DNA of 51,973 nt from a virus (lineage: Duplodnaviria; Caudoviricetes): positions 1 to 51,973 of IMG/VR virus record IMGVR_UViG_3300024256_000012. One strand, given 5' to 3'. This document shows positions 8,791 through 17,946 of the stretch, in pieces. The translations under genes were made by a program, and so were the position numbers. Every line of letters starts with the position of its first letter. Position 1 is the first letter of the stretch. The notes beneath the pieces are model-generated. The model did no database searches. It was not told where the DNA came from and saw only the letters and a program-made list of their open reading frames with translations.

Positions 8791-10515
8791 TTATATTCCA
8801 TCAACTCTCGGCATTAACATATCCTCATAGAAATAACCGAACACTGTTTGTACATATGCGTCCGCATGGTCAGGGCTGTTGCCTCTATTGCGTGCCTTGT
8901 AGTCTCCTTTCGGCTCGATAAACCACACCTGTGGCTCTTTGAGTTTTAATTGAAAGAAGTATTTGCGATCTTTGAGTTCATTCTCTAGCTCACGGCACTT
9001 CTCTGTTAAGATTATCGGCCATTCATCTACAAGCTCTGATAAGGCTAGGCTGGTTCTATACCAAGCCTCAGATATGTTATTCATTATTGTTATCTCTTCA
9101 CGCTCATCTACTCCTTCAGATTTGTTCCCTGCCTTGAAGGGCATAACATTAATAAACTCGCAACCATCTGCTTCGCTGATAAAACTAGCAACGTGGCTTC
9201 CTTCACCTATCGCATCTGGGAATAAACTGATTGAGATGTCTGGTGGCTCTTGGTCCTTCTTCCCAAGCTCTTTGTAGAACTTCTTGTTTTGTTTATCAGC
9301 CCACCTCTTATCCTTCTGAAGCTTTGCTATGACCTTCGCTAGACTCGTTGTATGTTTAGCGTTCCACTGATCCATCTTCTCGATAATCATTATTGGTCGG
9401 GGCTCAATTTCCTTCTCATCGTCAGTCTCATAATTGTAGCGACTATCTCCAACCAAAGCTCTATACATAACATTGGTGTCAGAACCTTCTCCAGCGACAT
9501 CCCAGCCATATACGATCTTCTGTATGACTCCTATCTTGTATGACTCCTTTTTGTATCGCTTAAAGCTTAACTGTAGACCTTCATAATTGATAGCAGCTTC
9601 CTCATCTTGTAAAGGCCAGTCACCATCCAAACGAGCTTTAACAACTGGGTGGTTCCTTCCATACTTCTTGATAAGCTTCCTAGCACCCTCTGGAGTCACT
9701 AACTCGTTGAATGCTTTCGGGTTTGCTTTATACTCTGGGCTGTCGAATAAGTCCCAGCATGATATTGTTATTAAGTTCCCACCATGGTCCTGTTCCATTT
9801 GATAAACTTCGCTGCCCACTGTCGTTGTAGGATTGTATGTACATAGGAGTCTCGAACCTTCATCCAATAGACTTCCTTCAATAGCTCTAAAGATAGCTGG
9901 TGGGGTTGTTATAGCTTCGTCAATTATGAATAGAGTATGCTGCCCGTGGTGTCCTTGGAACGCTGTTGCCTCTTCTCCTTCGATCTTAGGATTCAGCCCA
10001 ATAGCGAACCACTCTGGATACTTCTCTGGGTCTGGCTGGAAGTCTACCATATTGATATGCGCAAAACCGAAACGATCAGCCACGTGTTTGTATAACTCTC
10101 TTATGCGAGTCCATAACATAAACTGAGTGGAGTTGAAATTCTTAGCCGTTGTTATAACTTTTGTCTTGGTGTTCTCTCCATCAGGTCGGTATATGTAGAG
10201 CCAATACCAGACTATAACAGCAATTGCGAAAGTCTTGCCGACACTATTACAACTCCTGACTAGAGTTATCTTGTTCAGCAAAACTGATACTATCATCTCA
10301 GCTTGCTTGTACCACCAGACCTTAGTAAACAAACCAAAAAACTTCTCTGGGTGTTTGAGATACTCTTCATGATCAATATTATGTTTTAACATCCCAGCGA
10401 TAGTACCAACCAATTGATTAGCAGTCTGGGGCAACTCTTCGTATCTGCTCTTGCGATGTCTAGCCATGATTACTTCTTCGGCCTTTCCAGCCATTGGAAT
10501 GCGCAGGTTGTACAA
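8791..10515 (-). CDS. terL: Terminase large subunit (true start may be Met at 10467)
   Basis: Walker A RSCNSVGKT, FQGHH, Walker B IIDEA, YNP coupling motif, RNase H-like GWDVAGEGSD and SPDHADA. Confidence 0.93.
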   Translation of the reverse strand: MYNLRIPMAGKAEEVIMARHRKSRYEELPQTANQLVGTIAGMLKHNIDHEEYLKHPEKFFGLFTKVWWYKQAEMIVSVLLNKITLVRSCNSVGKTFAIAVIVWYWLYIYRPDGENTKTKVITTAKNFNSTQFMLWTRIRELYKHVADRFGFAHINMVDFQPDPEKYPEWFAIGLNPKIEGEEATAFQGHHGQHTLFIIDEAITTPPAIFRAIEGSLLDEGSRLLCTYNPTTTVGSEVYQMEQDHGGNLITISCWDLFDSPEYKANPKAFNELVTPEGARKLIKKYGRNHPVVKARLDGDWPLQDEEAAINYEGLQLSFKRYKKESYKIGVIQKIVYGWDVAGEGSDTNVMYRALVGDSRYNYETDDEKEIEPRPIMIIEKMDQWNAKHTTSLAKVIAKLQKDKRWADKQNKKFYKELGKKDQEPPDISISLFPDAIGEGSHVASFISEADGCEFINVMPFKAGNKSEGVDEREEITIMNNISEAWYRTSLALSELVDEWPIILTEKCRELENELKDRKYFFQLKLKEPQVWFIEPKGDYKARNRGNSPDHADAYVQTVFGYFYEDMLMPRVDGI

Positions 10516-10709
10516 GTCCTTAACATAACATCTTGCTCAAGGTCAAAATAGTTTCCTAAGTTTAGTTGAATGCGATCACCTATGGGGTGGAATTGAGTTA
10601 ATACATAGTCAACAGCATACGATCTTTTACAGCTATCGCAAAGATGCGACTCTGGCGAAGCTCCACACCTCTTACATTTCGATTGTTTATTGTAGATTGG
10701 TAGTGGCAT
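10470..10709 (-). CDS. Small Cys-rich zinc-ribbon protein
   Basis: CKRC, CDSC and CTTC motifs; tightly packed between terS and terL. Confidence 0.6.
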   Translation of the reverse strand: MPLPIYNKQSKCKRCGASPESHLCDSCKRSYAVDYVLTQFHPIGDRIQLNLGNYFDLEQDVMLRTCTTCAFQWLERPKK

Positions 10710-10710
10710 A

Positions 10711-11196
10711 TTAGGTCAGCAGCCTTTCATTTTCCATACTCGCTAGTGACTCAAACTCATAAATAATCTGGGCCATCAAAACTGGGTCGGTGATTAATCT
10801 GTTTAAGACTTCGACAATCTTCTGTAGTACGTCTATGTTTTGTATTATTTGTCGCTGGATTGCCTTGCCTTCTAGTCGGTCAGTCAGGTAGTCTCGTGCC
10901 TGTGGGTCTCCTTCCTTCGCTTGCTCAAAAGCTTTAAGGATAACAGCGTACATATTCACCTGTTGAGTCTTATCATCTCCCATCAAACTTACTTCTCGAA
11001 TGATAGCTTGTATGCTCTTCGGCTTGTCTGTTAATAGAGAGGAGTTGAGCTCAGTCACGCTACCATCTCTGTCCGTTATCCTGACGACAGTTTTGCCTTC
11101 CTTCTTGATCTTGACTATGGTGGACTGGTCGCTTTTATTTTTGGTGGTAGTTTTCTTGCGCTTCGGCACTACTTTTCGTGGGTCATTCCTATGCAT
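10711..11196 (-). CDS. Probable terminase small subunit
   Basis: Basic N-terminus, AKEGDPQARDYLTDRLEGKAIQ motif typical of TerS-like proteins, upstream of terL. Confidence 0.7.
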   Translation of the reverse strand: MHRNDPRKVVPKRKKTTTKNKSDQSTIVKIKKEGKTVVRITDRDGSVTELNSSLLTDKPKSIQAIIREVSLMGDDKTQQVNMYAVILKAFEQAKEGDPQARDYLTDRLEGKAIQRQIIQNIDVLQKIVEVLNRLITDPVLMAQIIYEFESLASMENERLLT

Positions 11197-11378
11197 TTTT
11201 CATCCTTCGGCTTAAATGATAAAACACCATATCTCTCAATACAGTGTCTACTTATGTCAAGTAAACTACCTCCAAAACCATATCCACTCAAAGGATTATC
11301 TCACCTACAAAACCATAATAAAGCCTATCATATAAACTCATCAAAAACTTACTTTTCATCAACTTTCTCTTTTCCTTC

Positions 11379-11509
11379 CTTAAATAAAAAATTTCGCTCC
11401 AGTAAAAACATTTTGTGCATCAAAAGCTCCAAACTCAAGGTCTCACGGATACGAGTTGTTCAACAATATCGAGTCCACACGATTTTTTTTTTTTATCTGC
11501 ATAAGTCTA
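11379..11509. repeat. Non-coding element, copy A
   Basis: Blocks CTTAAATAAAAAATTTCGCT (11379), AGCTCCAAACTC (11425) and CTGCATAAGTCTA (11497) recur at 31647, 31693 and 31764. Confidence 0.8.
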
Positions 11510-11734
11510 ATATTTTCAACCTCAGAGTGTAAGTAATCGCTGAGTGTAAGTCCTATTTTTCAAAAGAGTCGTTTCCATAAAACTCCTTTTTATCAGAATC
11601 CCAGCACCGAATATCGCTGAAACAGATGCTTATTTCACTGTTTTAAAAAGGCCAATATATTTTTATCACTCCCAATCGCTTACATCTATCAAATAAGCCG
11701 AAAACCATAAAAGCTCTAAAATTCGATTTTACGG

Positions 11735-11770
11735 CAAAAAAATAAAGCCCCATACTAGATGAGGCTTTAT
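11735..11770 (-). terminator. Intrinsic terminator after groES
   Basis: ATAAAGCC...GGCTTTAT stem followed by a T-run on the minus strand. Confidence 0.65.
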
Positions 11771-11834
11771 AGATCGAACAGCCTAGAAACAGCTGCTATG
11801 GCTTTTATTTAGTGACTAGCGAGCTTGCCCTGCT

Positions 11835-12122
11835 CTATTCTCCACCCTCCTCTCCTTCGACTAACAAAACCTCATTCTCAGCCATCACCAAATAGGGTGT
11901 ACCTTGTACCACGCTACCACTATACATTCCATACCAGATAACATCGCCAATTACCAGCTCTTCATCTTGGCATTTCCTACCCAGAGCAACCACTGTTCCT
12001 CTTTTTGGCTTTCGACCTTCTTGGGCTGAGTCTGGTATAATGATACCACTCGCTGTTTTCGCTTCGGCTACATCAGGCAACACCAATACGTTATCACCCA
12101 ACGGCCTATACTTCATTGTCAT
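11835..12122 (-). CDS. groES: Co-chaperonin GroES (Cpn10)
   Basis: RPLGDNVLV, mobile loop KTASGIIIPDSA, GTVVALG and VIGDVIWY. Confidence 0.93.
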   Translation of the reverse strand: MTMKYRPLGDNVLVLPDVAEAKTASGIIIPDSAQEGRKPKRGTVVALGRKCQDEELVIGDVIWYGMYSGSVVQGTPYLVMAENEVLLVEGEEGGE

Positions 12123-12732
12123 CTTTCTTATCCTTTCTGTTGTAGTTTAGTTTTCTCAAAAATGTATATATCCATTCTGTATCCATCGGCTCCAGAATCA
12201 TAGCGTGAGCGATAGCCCACCGCCTGAGTCGGTCTTGGCTATAAAACATCATCATCTCTTCATCCTGAACACAGCACAGAATATCGAGCTTATTTGATTC
12301 CATCATCCACCCTGCGACCTTCGTCAGATTATGTTTAGGAAGAGATGTTTGCTGAAGCATCTCGTATGTCTTCATGTCACAGCATACGCCAACCAGCGTA
12401 TTATCAGACAACTCCAGTATCTCGTGCAGAGCTTCTAGGCTTAGAGCTTCAGTGGCTGTATCTTCCCCAAGCCACACACCATCGAACATTTCTTTGATAG
12501 TTTCTGAGGCATAAGGTGCTTTCTTAGCTCCTAGAACAGTGTTTAAAGGCTGTTCGATGTCTACACCCATACCCGTACCTGCCTCACCAAACACGTCACC
12601 ACCTTCACCGCTTTTAATAGCTCTATCAACTTTTTTGGTTAGCCCCATCCAAGCTGCAGCCGATGCCCAACCGCAGAATAGGATTATCAAGCAAGCCCAC
12701 AGTACGTTTTGAAGCGTAAAAATATCACTCAT
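12106..12732 (-). CDS. Hypothetical protein with N-terminal TM anchor
   Basis: 208 aa, hydrophobic residues ~8-30, overlaps both neighbours. Confidence 0.65.
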   Translation of the reverse strand: MSDIFTLQNVLWACLIILFCGWASAAAWMGLTKKVDRAIKSGEGGDVFGEAGTGMGVDIEQPLNTVLGAKKAPYASETIKEMFDGVWLGEDTATEALSLEALHEILELSDNTLVGVCCDMKTYEMLQQTSLPKHNLTKVAGWMMESNKLDILCCVQDEEMMMFYSQDRLRRWAIAHAMILEPMDTEWIYTFLRKLNYNRKDKKDDNEV

Positions 12733-13039
12733 GTTTCTTCTCTCCTTCTCCGAATTTGATTTCAGTTTGGTTATCTTTATCAGTATTCACCAGCACCCCA
12801 GATAGGATAGCCGACACCCAGAATGTAAGCTGACAGCCGTTACATACAACCCCAATCATCGGCACAGCTGACATTTCCTTCTCGCTGGCTGGTTTATATT
12901 CCACCACTTGATAGATTCGATCTTGAATTGAAAAGGCTTCACAGCCGCACATCGCACAGCAAGGCTTTTTGCCGATCTTCTCCCAGCGACTCCCCAGATG
13001 CTGTTTAATCAATTCAGAAGTCGCTTTATTCAGCAGCAT
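12725..13039 (-). CDS. Zinc-ribbon protein
   Basis: CAMCG...CNGC motif pair. Confidence 0.7.
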   Translation of the reverse strand: MLLNKATSELIKQHLGSRWEKIGKKPCCAMCGCEAFSIQDRIYQVVEYKPASEKEMSAVPMIGVVCNGCQLTFWVSAILSGVLVNTDKDNQTEIKFGEGEKKHE

Positions 13040-13535
13040 CTTTCCTCTCCTTCGCTTTCAGTTTTTGCTCCGCAACCAAGGCATCTTTCCTCTTCTTCTC
13101 TTTATTATGAGCGTGGCGATTCTTGATGAACTTTGGTATGATAATTTTCGGGTCATCTAGGTCACCAAGCCGAACAAAGTGGAGTATGCGATCAAGCAAC
13201 TCAAGATAGTTGTCAGCTTTCTCTAGAGCTTGAGCGTGCATCAATTCAGCAAACGGCAAATCCTTCTTCACCTGAGGCAGTCCTTCACGTTCACGTTTCT
13301 TGCTCCAAGTAGGAAAGCGAAACTCATATTCAGACTTTTGTAGCTTCTCGCATTCTGCATCGAGTCGCTTCAGAACTTTAGTCAATCGCACCACTTTCTC
13401 TTTTAAAGTTTCCTGTGGCTTGAGTTTCGCTAGAGTTGATTTGAAATCCTTCTTTGGTGCGCTCATTATCGGCTTAGAGCGTTTGGCTGCTCGTTTGAGC
13501 AGATCATCCTTTTGTCGTTTAGTCCAGTCAGTCAT
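13026..13535 (-). CDS. Hypothetical basic coiled-coil protein
   Basis: 169 aa, K/R/E-rich, coupled to neighbours. Confidence 0.7.
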   Translation of the reverse strand: MTDWTKRQKDDLLKRAAKRSKPIMSAPKKDFKSTLAKLKPQETLKEKVVRLTKVLKRLDAECEKLQKSEYEFRFPTWSKKREREGLPQVKKDLPFAELMHAQALEKADNYLELLDRILHFVRLGDLDDPKIIIPKFIKNRHAHNKEKKRKDALVAEQKLKAKERKDAAE

Positions 13536-13872
13536 TTCTTGTCACCTTTTGATTAAACATTATGCCATCCGCAGGAATGAAATTGGAACCATCCTTGAGG
13601 ATTAACTTTTTCACTTTACAGTTCGAGCTAACAAAGACTCGAATTTGCTGTCCAGAGTATTCAGCAGACACCACCCGACTTCCCAACGCACATCGCTGCT
13701 GGTGAGAATTGAACAGGTGGCACTCGCTACAGATATGAACAGAAGCATCTTTGACCTTAGTATCATTCACGTGCCTTCTCCCATGCGTCATTTCGTAGAA
13801 GTCATACAAGTCTTGAAGCTTGAATGAATCTTCTTCCATAGGTATCCATTGGTGCCTACAATTAACATTCAT
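13528..13872 (-). CDS. Hypothetical Cys/His-containing protein (start set at Met 13872)
   Basis: The ATG at 13872 overlaps the stop of 13869..14102. CSECHLF...C motif. The 5' extension of the listed ORF overlaps the upstream gene. Confidence 0.55.
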   Translation of the reverse strand: MNVNCRHQWIPMEEDSFKLQDLYDFYEMTHGRRHVNDTKVKDASVHICSECHLFNSHQQRCALGSRVVSAEYSGQQIRVFVSSNCKVKKLILKDGSNFIPADGIMFNQKVTRND

Positions 13873-14102
13873 AGCCCAACTATCACGTGAAGTGTATTCG
13901 GCTCGAAAGTTATGGCGCCATAATACATCCAGCCCCATACAGCCCAGAATAAAATAAACAATCCAATCAGGACCACTCCAAGATACTCTTCCAGCATCCC
14001 CCATCCAGTAACAGAAGCGATAAACAAACTGACCAAGCCCACAGCCACAAGAGCTGTTGAGCAAATCATAATCATAGTTAACAACGTTGACCAAAATAAC
14101 AT
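13869..14102 (-). CDS. Small two-TM membrane protein
   Basis: Two long hydrophobic stretches; AAGGA RBS. Confidence 0.65.
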   Translation of the reverse strand: MLFWSTLLTMIMICSTALVAVGLVSLFIASVTGWGMLEEYLGVVLIGLFILFWAVWGWMYYGAITFEPNTLHVIVGL

Positions 14103-14215
14103 TTTGAAATTCCTTATAATAATAAATTAATAAAACAATCCACTGGGGTCATCATCGGCTGCGTAATGGACAGAGGACAACCCCAGTTGTGCAGGACTTT
14201 TTGTTTATTTACATA

Positions 14216-14488
14216 CTAACCCTCCTTTGCTATATTCAATAAATGCTTTTCAAATTCTCGTTTCGCTGTCCTGATTGTAACACTCAGATTGAACAGCGCA
14301 TCGTGTTGCGCCTGATCGAAGGGTAGCAAGACAGATTTGGCTTTATGTTTCGGCCAAACTTCGAGCCCATCCGACTTAGGGAAAGCGAGTTTGTAATGAT
14401 ACTTCGTTTCTCCTCTGAATATTACTTTGGCTACAGCATAGGTGACAGGATCAACATAGATGCAAATTGTACCTTTGATCCACTTCAT
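14216..14488 (-). CDS. Hypothetical protein
   Basis: 90 aa; ATGA overlap with the upstream small ORF. Confidence 0.6.
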   Translation of the reverse strand: MKWIKGTICIYVDPVTYAVAKVIFRGETKYHYKLAFPKSDGLEVWPKHKAKSVLLPFDQAQHDALFNLSVTIRTAKREFEKHLLNIAKEG

Positions 14489-14661
14489 TTTCTTCCACCA
14501 ATAACGATTTTGTCATAAGCAGTTTTGGTAATTTCTGTTACAGTCCATCCATCCTTTTCGAGCTGCGCTTTGACTCTCTCAGCGTCAGCAGGAAGCGCAC
14601 AGGCCTTGTCTGTCTTCAATTTGCCTGCAGCTTCGATCTTCCAATACACTTTCATGTCCAT
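14485..14661 (-). CDS. Small hypothetical protein, 58 aa, not in ORF track
   Basis: MDMKVYWKIEAAGKLKTDKACALPADAERVKAQLEKDGWTVTEITKTAYDKIVIGGRK*; AGGAG RBS; fills the gap exactly. Confidence 0.65.
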   Translation of the reverse strand: MDMKVYWKIEAAGKLKTDKACALPADAERVKAQLEKDGWTVTEITKTAYDKIVIGGRK

Positions 14662-14662
14662 G

Positions 14663-14989
14663 TCATTCTTCTCCTTCTATTAATTGTACCCAACTAGATA
14701 TTGGATAGACTTTTGCCCCAATCTCTTTGGCGTGTTTGTTAGCTTTCGATTTATTTGTATATACAGGAAGCACACCACGCATGCCATCTCGATAGGCTAA
14801 GGAGACTGTGGGCAAAATCGGCTCACCTGACTCCTCTTCATAATCGAGAGCTGGCAAGACCATCTCGTCAATTAAAACTCCGACAATGTATAGCTTTTTC
14901 ATCTGTGATCTGGGTGCTTGAAAGTGAACTGTTGCCCAGTTGAAGATTTCTTTGGCAACTGACTCCCACGATGCGGGTGAAAAGTACAA
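14663..14989 (-). CDS. Hypothetical protein (start probably Met 14902)
   Basis: ATGA overlap with the stop of the 14899 ORF supports the internal start MKKLY. Confidence 0.55.
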   Translation of the reverse strand: MYFSPASWESVAKEIFNWATVHFQAPRSQMKKLYIVGVLIDEMVLPALDYEEESGEPILPTVSLAYRDGMRGVLPVYTNKSKANKHAKEIGAKVYPISSWVQLIEGEE

Positions 14990-15180
14990 TGTCTGACTTC
15001 AAGTCCTAGAATCCCAGCAGCACGTTCCTTTTGAGATTCCCAGCTATTGCCTCCAACTCCGATATCATTGGCCCAGAATGGCAGACCATGCCAACGGCTG
15101 ATGAAGAATATCCTTTGGTTGGGCACTCCTTCTCCGTGGGCCTTTTTGACTGTGTAATAAATGTCTACTTTATTTTTCAT
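14899..15180 (-). CDS. Hypothetical protein
   Basis: Start MKNKV at 15180 with a GAGG RBS, coupled to the upstream small ORF. Confidence 0.5.
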   Translation of the reverse strand: MKNKVDIYYTVKKAHGEGVPNQRIFFISRWHGLPFWANDIGVGGNSWESQKERAAGILGLEVRHCTFHPHRGSQLPKKSSTGQQFTFKHPDHR

Positions 15181-15323
15181 TTTGCCACCTCTGGGAAGAA
15201 GTATAATACAAACCAAAGGGCAAACATGGCGAGAAAACCACCACCACCATAAATTATCAATATGGCAAAAACTGGATCATTGAAACTCTCCAGACCTAGC
15301 CAATCCAATATTTTCTTTTTCAT
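15177..15323 (-). CDS. Small single-TM protein, 48 aa, not in ORF track
   Basis: MKKKILDWLGLESFNDPVFAILIIYGGGGFLAMFALWFVLYFFPEVAK*; ATGA overlaps at both ends. Confidence 0.6.
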   Translation of the reverse strand: MKKKILDWLGLESFNDPVFAILIIYGGGGFLAMFALWFVLYFFPEVAK

Positions 15324-15703
15324 ACCAAGTGTTCCTTTCCTGTGGCATTTTTCCTAGCCTTATCATAAAATCTGAGCATCTTCAAATCTCTAGGTGATCT
15401 CAGATAACTTCGGTTCATACAATATTCGAGATTGTGGTTGCCTCCAGTTTGCCACTTTCTCCCAATGGTGTTTATTTCGTAGCTCGAATCATACTCTTCA
15501 TAGAAAGCTTCAACAGCCCAACGGACAGCCTGATCAATACTGGCGTGTCCTTCTATCTCGTAATGCTCCCAGCCGATCTTAGCCATCATCATAACATCGT
15601 TCTCACCACGGCCAACATAGTTGATCGAGATGCTAGCAATCTTCGGCTTTTTCTTAGTCATGATATGGACTCCTTGTATATTCTTCAAACGACTCGACAG
15701 CAT
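15320..15703 (-). CDS. Hypothetical protein (start probably Met 15661)
   Basis: AAGGAG precedes MTKKK. Confidence 0.6.
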   Translation of the reverse strand: MLSSRLKNIQGVHIMTKKKPKIASISINYVGRGENDVMMMAKIGWEHYEIEGHASIDQAVRWAVEAFYEEYDSSYEINTIGRKWQTGGNHNLEYCMNRSYLRSPRDLKMLRFYDKARKNATGKEHLV

Positions 15704-16184
15704 TAGGTGCGACCTGAACTATGGTCTTGTACATCCTCCACGGCAAGTCCGAAAGCTTCACCATTGCTTCGAGCTTCTTTGCTAGAGTGTCGAAAGCTTC
15801 TTTGCCTCCCATCCCCATCCTAGCGAAAGTGAATGCTGGAAGGAATGTCTTGGAATCTACATGATTCATATCTTCGTTGAATACAGCCAAATCTAGCTGT
15901 TCAGGCAATTGCTGGTAGTCGGTATTGCCCCATTGCCTTTCAAACGCTTTAACAACCTGATTTAGCTCGTTAATCCAATATAAATCGTGCCAGTCATCCC
16001 ACGGCCCATCAACTATGTTGGGGTGCGATGCGTGAGCGACTCTAGAAGGATGATTAATAAACCTTCGCATGACAGGATTCATCCCACTCCACATATACCA
16101 AGTTCCTGATGGGCTAGGCTTAAACAAATGGAGTCCATAAGAATGGGCCACCTTGTTAAACTCTCTCAAGGTCATCTCAGCCAT
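15654..16184 (-). CDS. Hypothetical protein
   Basis: 176 aa in the coupled early/middle gene run. Confidence 0.65.
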   Translation of the reverse strand: MAEMTLREFNKVAHSYGLHLFKPSPSGTWYMWSGMNPVMRRFINHPSRVAHASHPNIVDGPWDDWHDLYWINELNQVVKAFERQWGNTDYQQLPEQLDLAVFNEDMNHVDSKTFLPAFTFARMGMGGKEAFDTLAKKLEAMVKLSDLPWRMYKTIVQVAPNAVESFEEYTRSPYHD

Positions 16185-16431
16185 ATCTCACCACCCTGCG
16201 AAAAAGAGGCAGACGACAAACTGGTTCATTAACAATTCGCTTTCGGCTGTTCTTCTCGTTGCCGTGTCTGATACCCTTCCTTGCTCCAGTAGCTCGAAGC
16301 GTTAACAACGAGACTTCCTTGCGCTGGACTTCGTTATAGTGTTCAGGTACATCATCTCCAATAACATAATTCTGCCTGACGTGTCTGCGCCAAACTTCCC
16401 TCTGCTCTGGGGTGCTCATCTTTTCCTCCAC
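16177..16431 (-). CDS. Hypothetical basic protein (start probably 16419)
   Basis: GGAGG RBS precedes MSTPEQ. Confidence 0.55.
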   Translation of the reverse strand: MEEKMSTPEQREVWRRHVRQNYVIGDDVPEHYNEVQRKEVSLLTLRATGARKGIRHGNEKNSRKRIVNEPVCRLPLFRRVVRYG

Positions 16432-16541
16432 CCTCTCTTAACAACTCGCTTTTGGTACTTGCTTTGCTCTGGTTTCGTGCCATCTCTTTTGGTGGCTGCC
16501 TTCTTCTCTTTTGCTGTTTGTCGCTTTGCTCGTTTTGGCAT
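16416..16541 (-). CDS. Small highly basic protein, 41 aa, not in ORF track
   Basis: MPKRAKRQTAKEKKAATKRDGTKPEQSKYQKRVVKRGWRKR*; GAGGAG RBS; TAATG and ATGA overlaps with neighbours. Confidence 0.6.
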   Translation of the reverse strand: MPKRAKRQTAKEKKAATKRDGTKPEQSKYQKRVVKRGWRKR

Positions 16542-16741
16542 TAGTCTCTCCTCAGAAATGACTTGATGATTTTATTCGTTCTATTTGTTTGAGTAGTCGG
16601 GTCACACTTCCCAATATCCCCAGACCAGCAGATCAAGCCGTGCTGGTTTTCGATTGACCACCTGCCTCTGATATCGAGCTCAAGTGTATAAGGTTCTCTG
16701 GACAATATCTCGCTGAAAAGTATCTCGATGAAATAAGTCAT
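16541..16741 (-). CDS. Small hypothetical protein (MTYFIEILF...)
   Basis: 3' part of the listed 16541..16906 ORF; ATG lies just after the J-domain gene stop with GGAG upstream. Confidence 0.5.
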   Translation of the reverse strand: MTYFIEILFSEILSREPYTLELDIRGRWSIENQHGLICWSGDIGKCDPTTQTNRTNKIIKSFLRRD

Positions 16742-16742
16742 G

Positions 16743-17270
16743 TCATGCTCCGATCTTCTTAGTTTGAGTATTGTCCTCTTTTTCGACCTCTTCAGACCCA
16801 TAGATGCCACGAAGAGCATTGAGGCTGTAATAACCCTTCTGCTTGCGTTGCCCAAGGTTGCTGGCCCAATACCAGCTTCGTTTGGTTTTGCTAAATCGCA
16901 TCCCAAGACCTTTCAGAAATTCCTTGTAATCATAGGTAGCATCTCCAGAGAGCCAGACCCAGACACCGATAATTTCTATGGTGACTCCTTCGAGCTTAAC
17001 GAGCTTAGCAATCAGGTCAGCCAAATCGCTTTCCACAGCAGGATTATATTTGTATGTATAATCCTTATTTGTCTTGGCATCTCTCCAAGTATGGCCATCG
17101 AAACTCTTCAGCCGATCTTGGTACACCTGATTGAGAAGCTTCATCGATTCAGTATCACCACCGACATCAGGATGGAACTGAAAACAGAACTCCTTGAACT
17201 TGGCCTTGAGGTCATAGATTGTAGCAGTCGCATTAAACGCTTTCGTGAAATTAGCTTTGGTTGCTTTCAT
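16743..17270 (-). CDS. J-domain (DnaJ-like) protein
   Basis: DLKAKFKEFCFQFHPDVGGDTESMKLLNQVYQ carries the HPD motif; C-terminal IEIIGVWVWLSG...LKGLGMRFSKTKRSWYW domain. Start set at MKATK (17270), after the stop of the upstream gene. Confidence 0.85.
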   Translation of the reverse strand: MKATKANFTKAFNATATIYDLKAKFKEFCFQFHPDVGGDTESMKLLNQVYQDRLKSFDGHTWRDAKTNKDYTYKYNPAVESDLADLIAKLVKLEGVTIEIIGVWVWLSGDATYDYKEFLKGLGMRFSKTKRSWYWASNLGQRKQKGYYSLNALRGIYGSEEVEKEDNTQTKKIGA

Positions 17271-17293
17271 AGTTACTGTCTCAGGCCGACTCC
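17266..17293. repeat. 28-nt gene-junction direct repeat, copy 1
   Basis: TTCATAG(T/C)TACTGTCTCAGGCC(G/A)ACTCC; also at 17942-17969 with 2 mismatches. Confidence 0.85.
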
Positions 17294-17946
17294 GAAGGGT
17301 CAGAATCAGGACCATAAAAACCTTCATCGGGCATCTCGTTGGTACCATCGTCCAGCTGGGCTTTAATGCCTCTGTTACGAAGCTTGTTAAGGACTTTATA
17401 TATGTGATTGTATTCGACACAGATGACAGGGTGAATCTCTTCTGTCTGAGGTGGGAGAAGATTACAGCCATCCCAGTCAGCTAAGTTGCCGTGTTCTCGC
17501 TTGAGCTTCGATGGATGAATAATGAGCCGATAATATCTTGGCTCGTGACTTAATTGAAAGGCCTCAAATCCAGTCTCGTGATCTTCGTTCTCCATTGAAT
17601 CAATATCGTCAGCGCACTCAATCCCGAAACGCTCAGCGACCATATTGAAACAGTTCTCCTGATCTTCGGACTCGCCAGCACCGCTCCACTCGCCACCATC
17701 AAAAGCAGCAGCCATCTCGTATCCATAGCTGATATGCCTTGATAACCGATTAAATGCCCTGTTAGCAGCCCTCAAAACTTTTGCTTGGGCTAGTGCCTCA
17801 GCTTCACCATTCCATACCTTCTCTAGCCACTCTGGCCAATTGCCAATCTCTGGTACGTTGTAAGTTGTCATCTTGTACTCCTCTGTTAAGGTTCTAGCTC
17901 GTTTGCCAAATGCTGGCTTGTCTAATGGATATTGTGTTCTGTTCAT
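17281..17946 (-). CDS. Acidic hypothetical early protein (alternative start Met 17871)
   Basis: D/E-rich; the internal Met 17871 has a GAGGAG RBS and the TAGAACCTTA motif upstream. Confidence 0.7.
   Translation of the reverse strand: MNRTQYPLDKPAFGKRARTLTEEYKMTTYNVPEIGNWPEWLEKVWNGEAEALAQAKVLRAANRAFNRLSRHISYGYEMAAAFDGGEWSGAGESEDQENCFNMVAERFGIECADDIDSMENEDHETGFEAFQLSHEPRYYRLIIHPSKLKREHGNLADWDGCNLLPPQTEEIHPVICVEYNHIYKVLNKLRNRGIKAQLDDGTNEMPDEGFYGPDSDPSESA

Noticed and set aside
11191-11532. 113-aa plus-strand ORF
   Set aside because: It runs against the genome-wide strand, crosses a poly-T tract and element A, and has no recognisable motif.
16740-17366. 208-aa plus-strand ORF and the other plus-strand ORFs in the track
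   Set aside because: They are antisense shadows of well-supported minus-strand genes and show no motifs or RBS.
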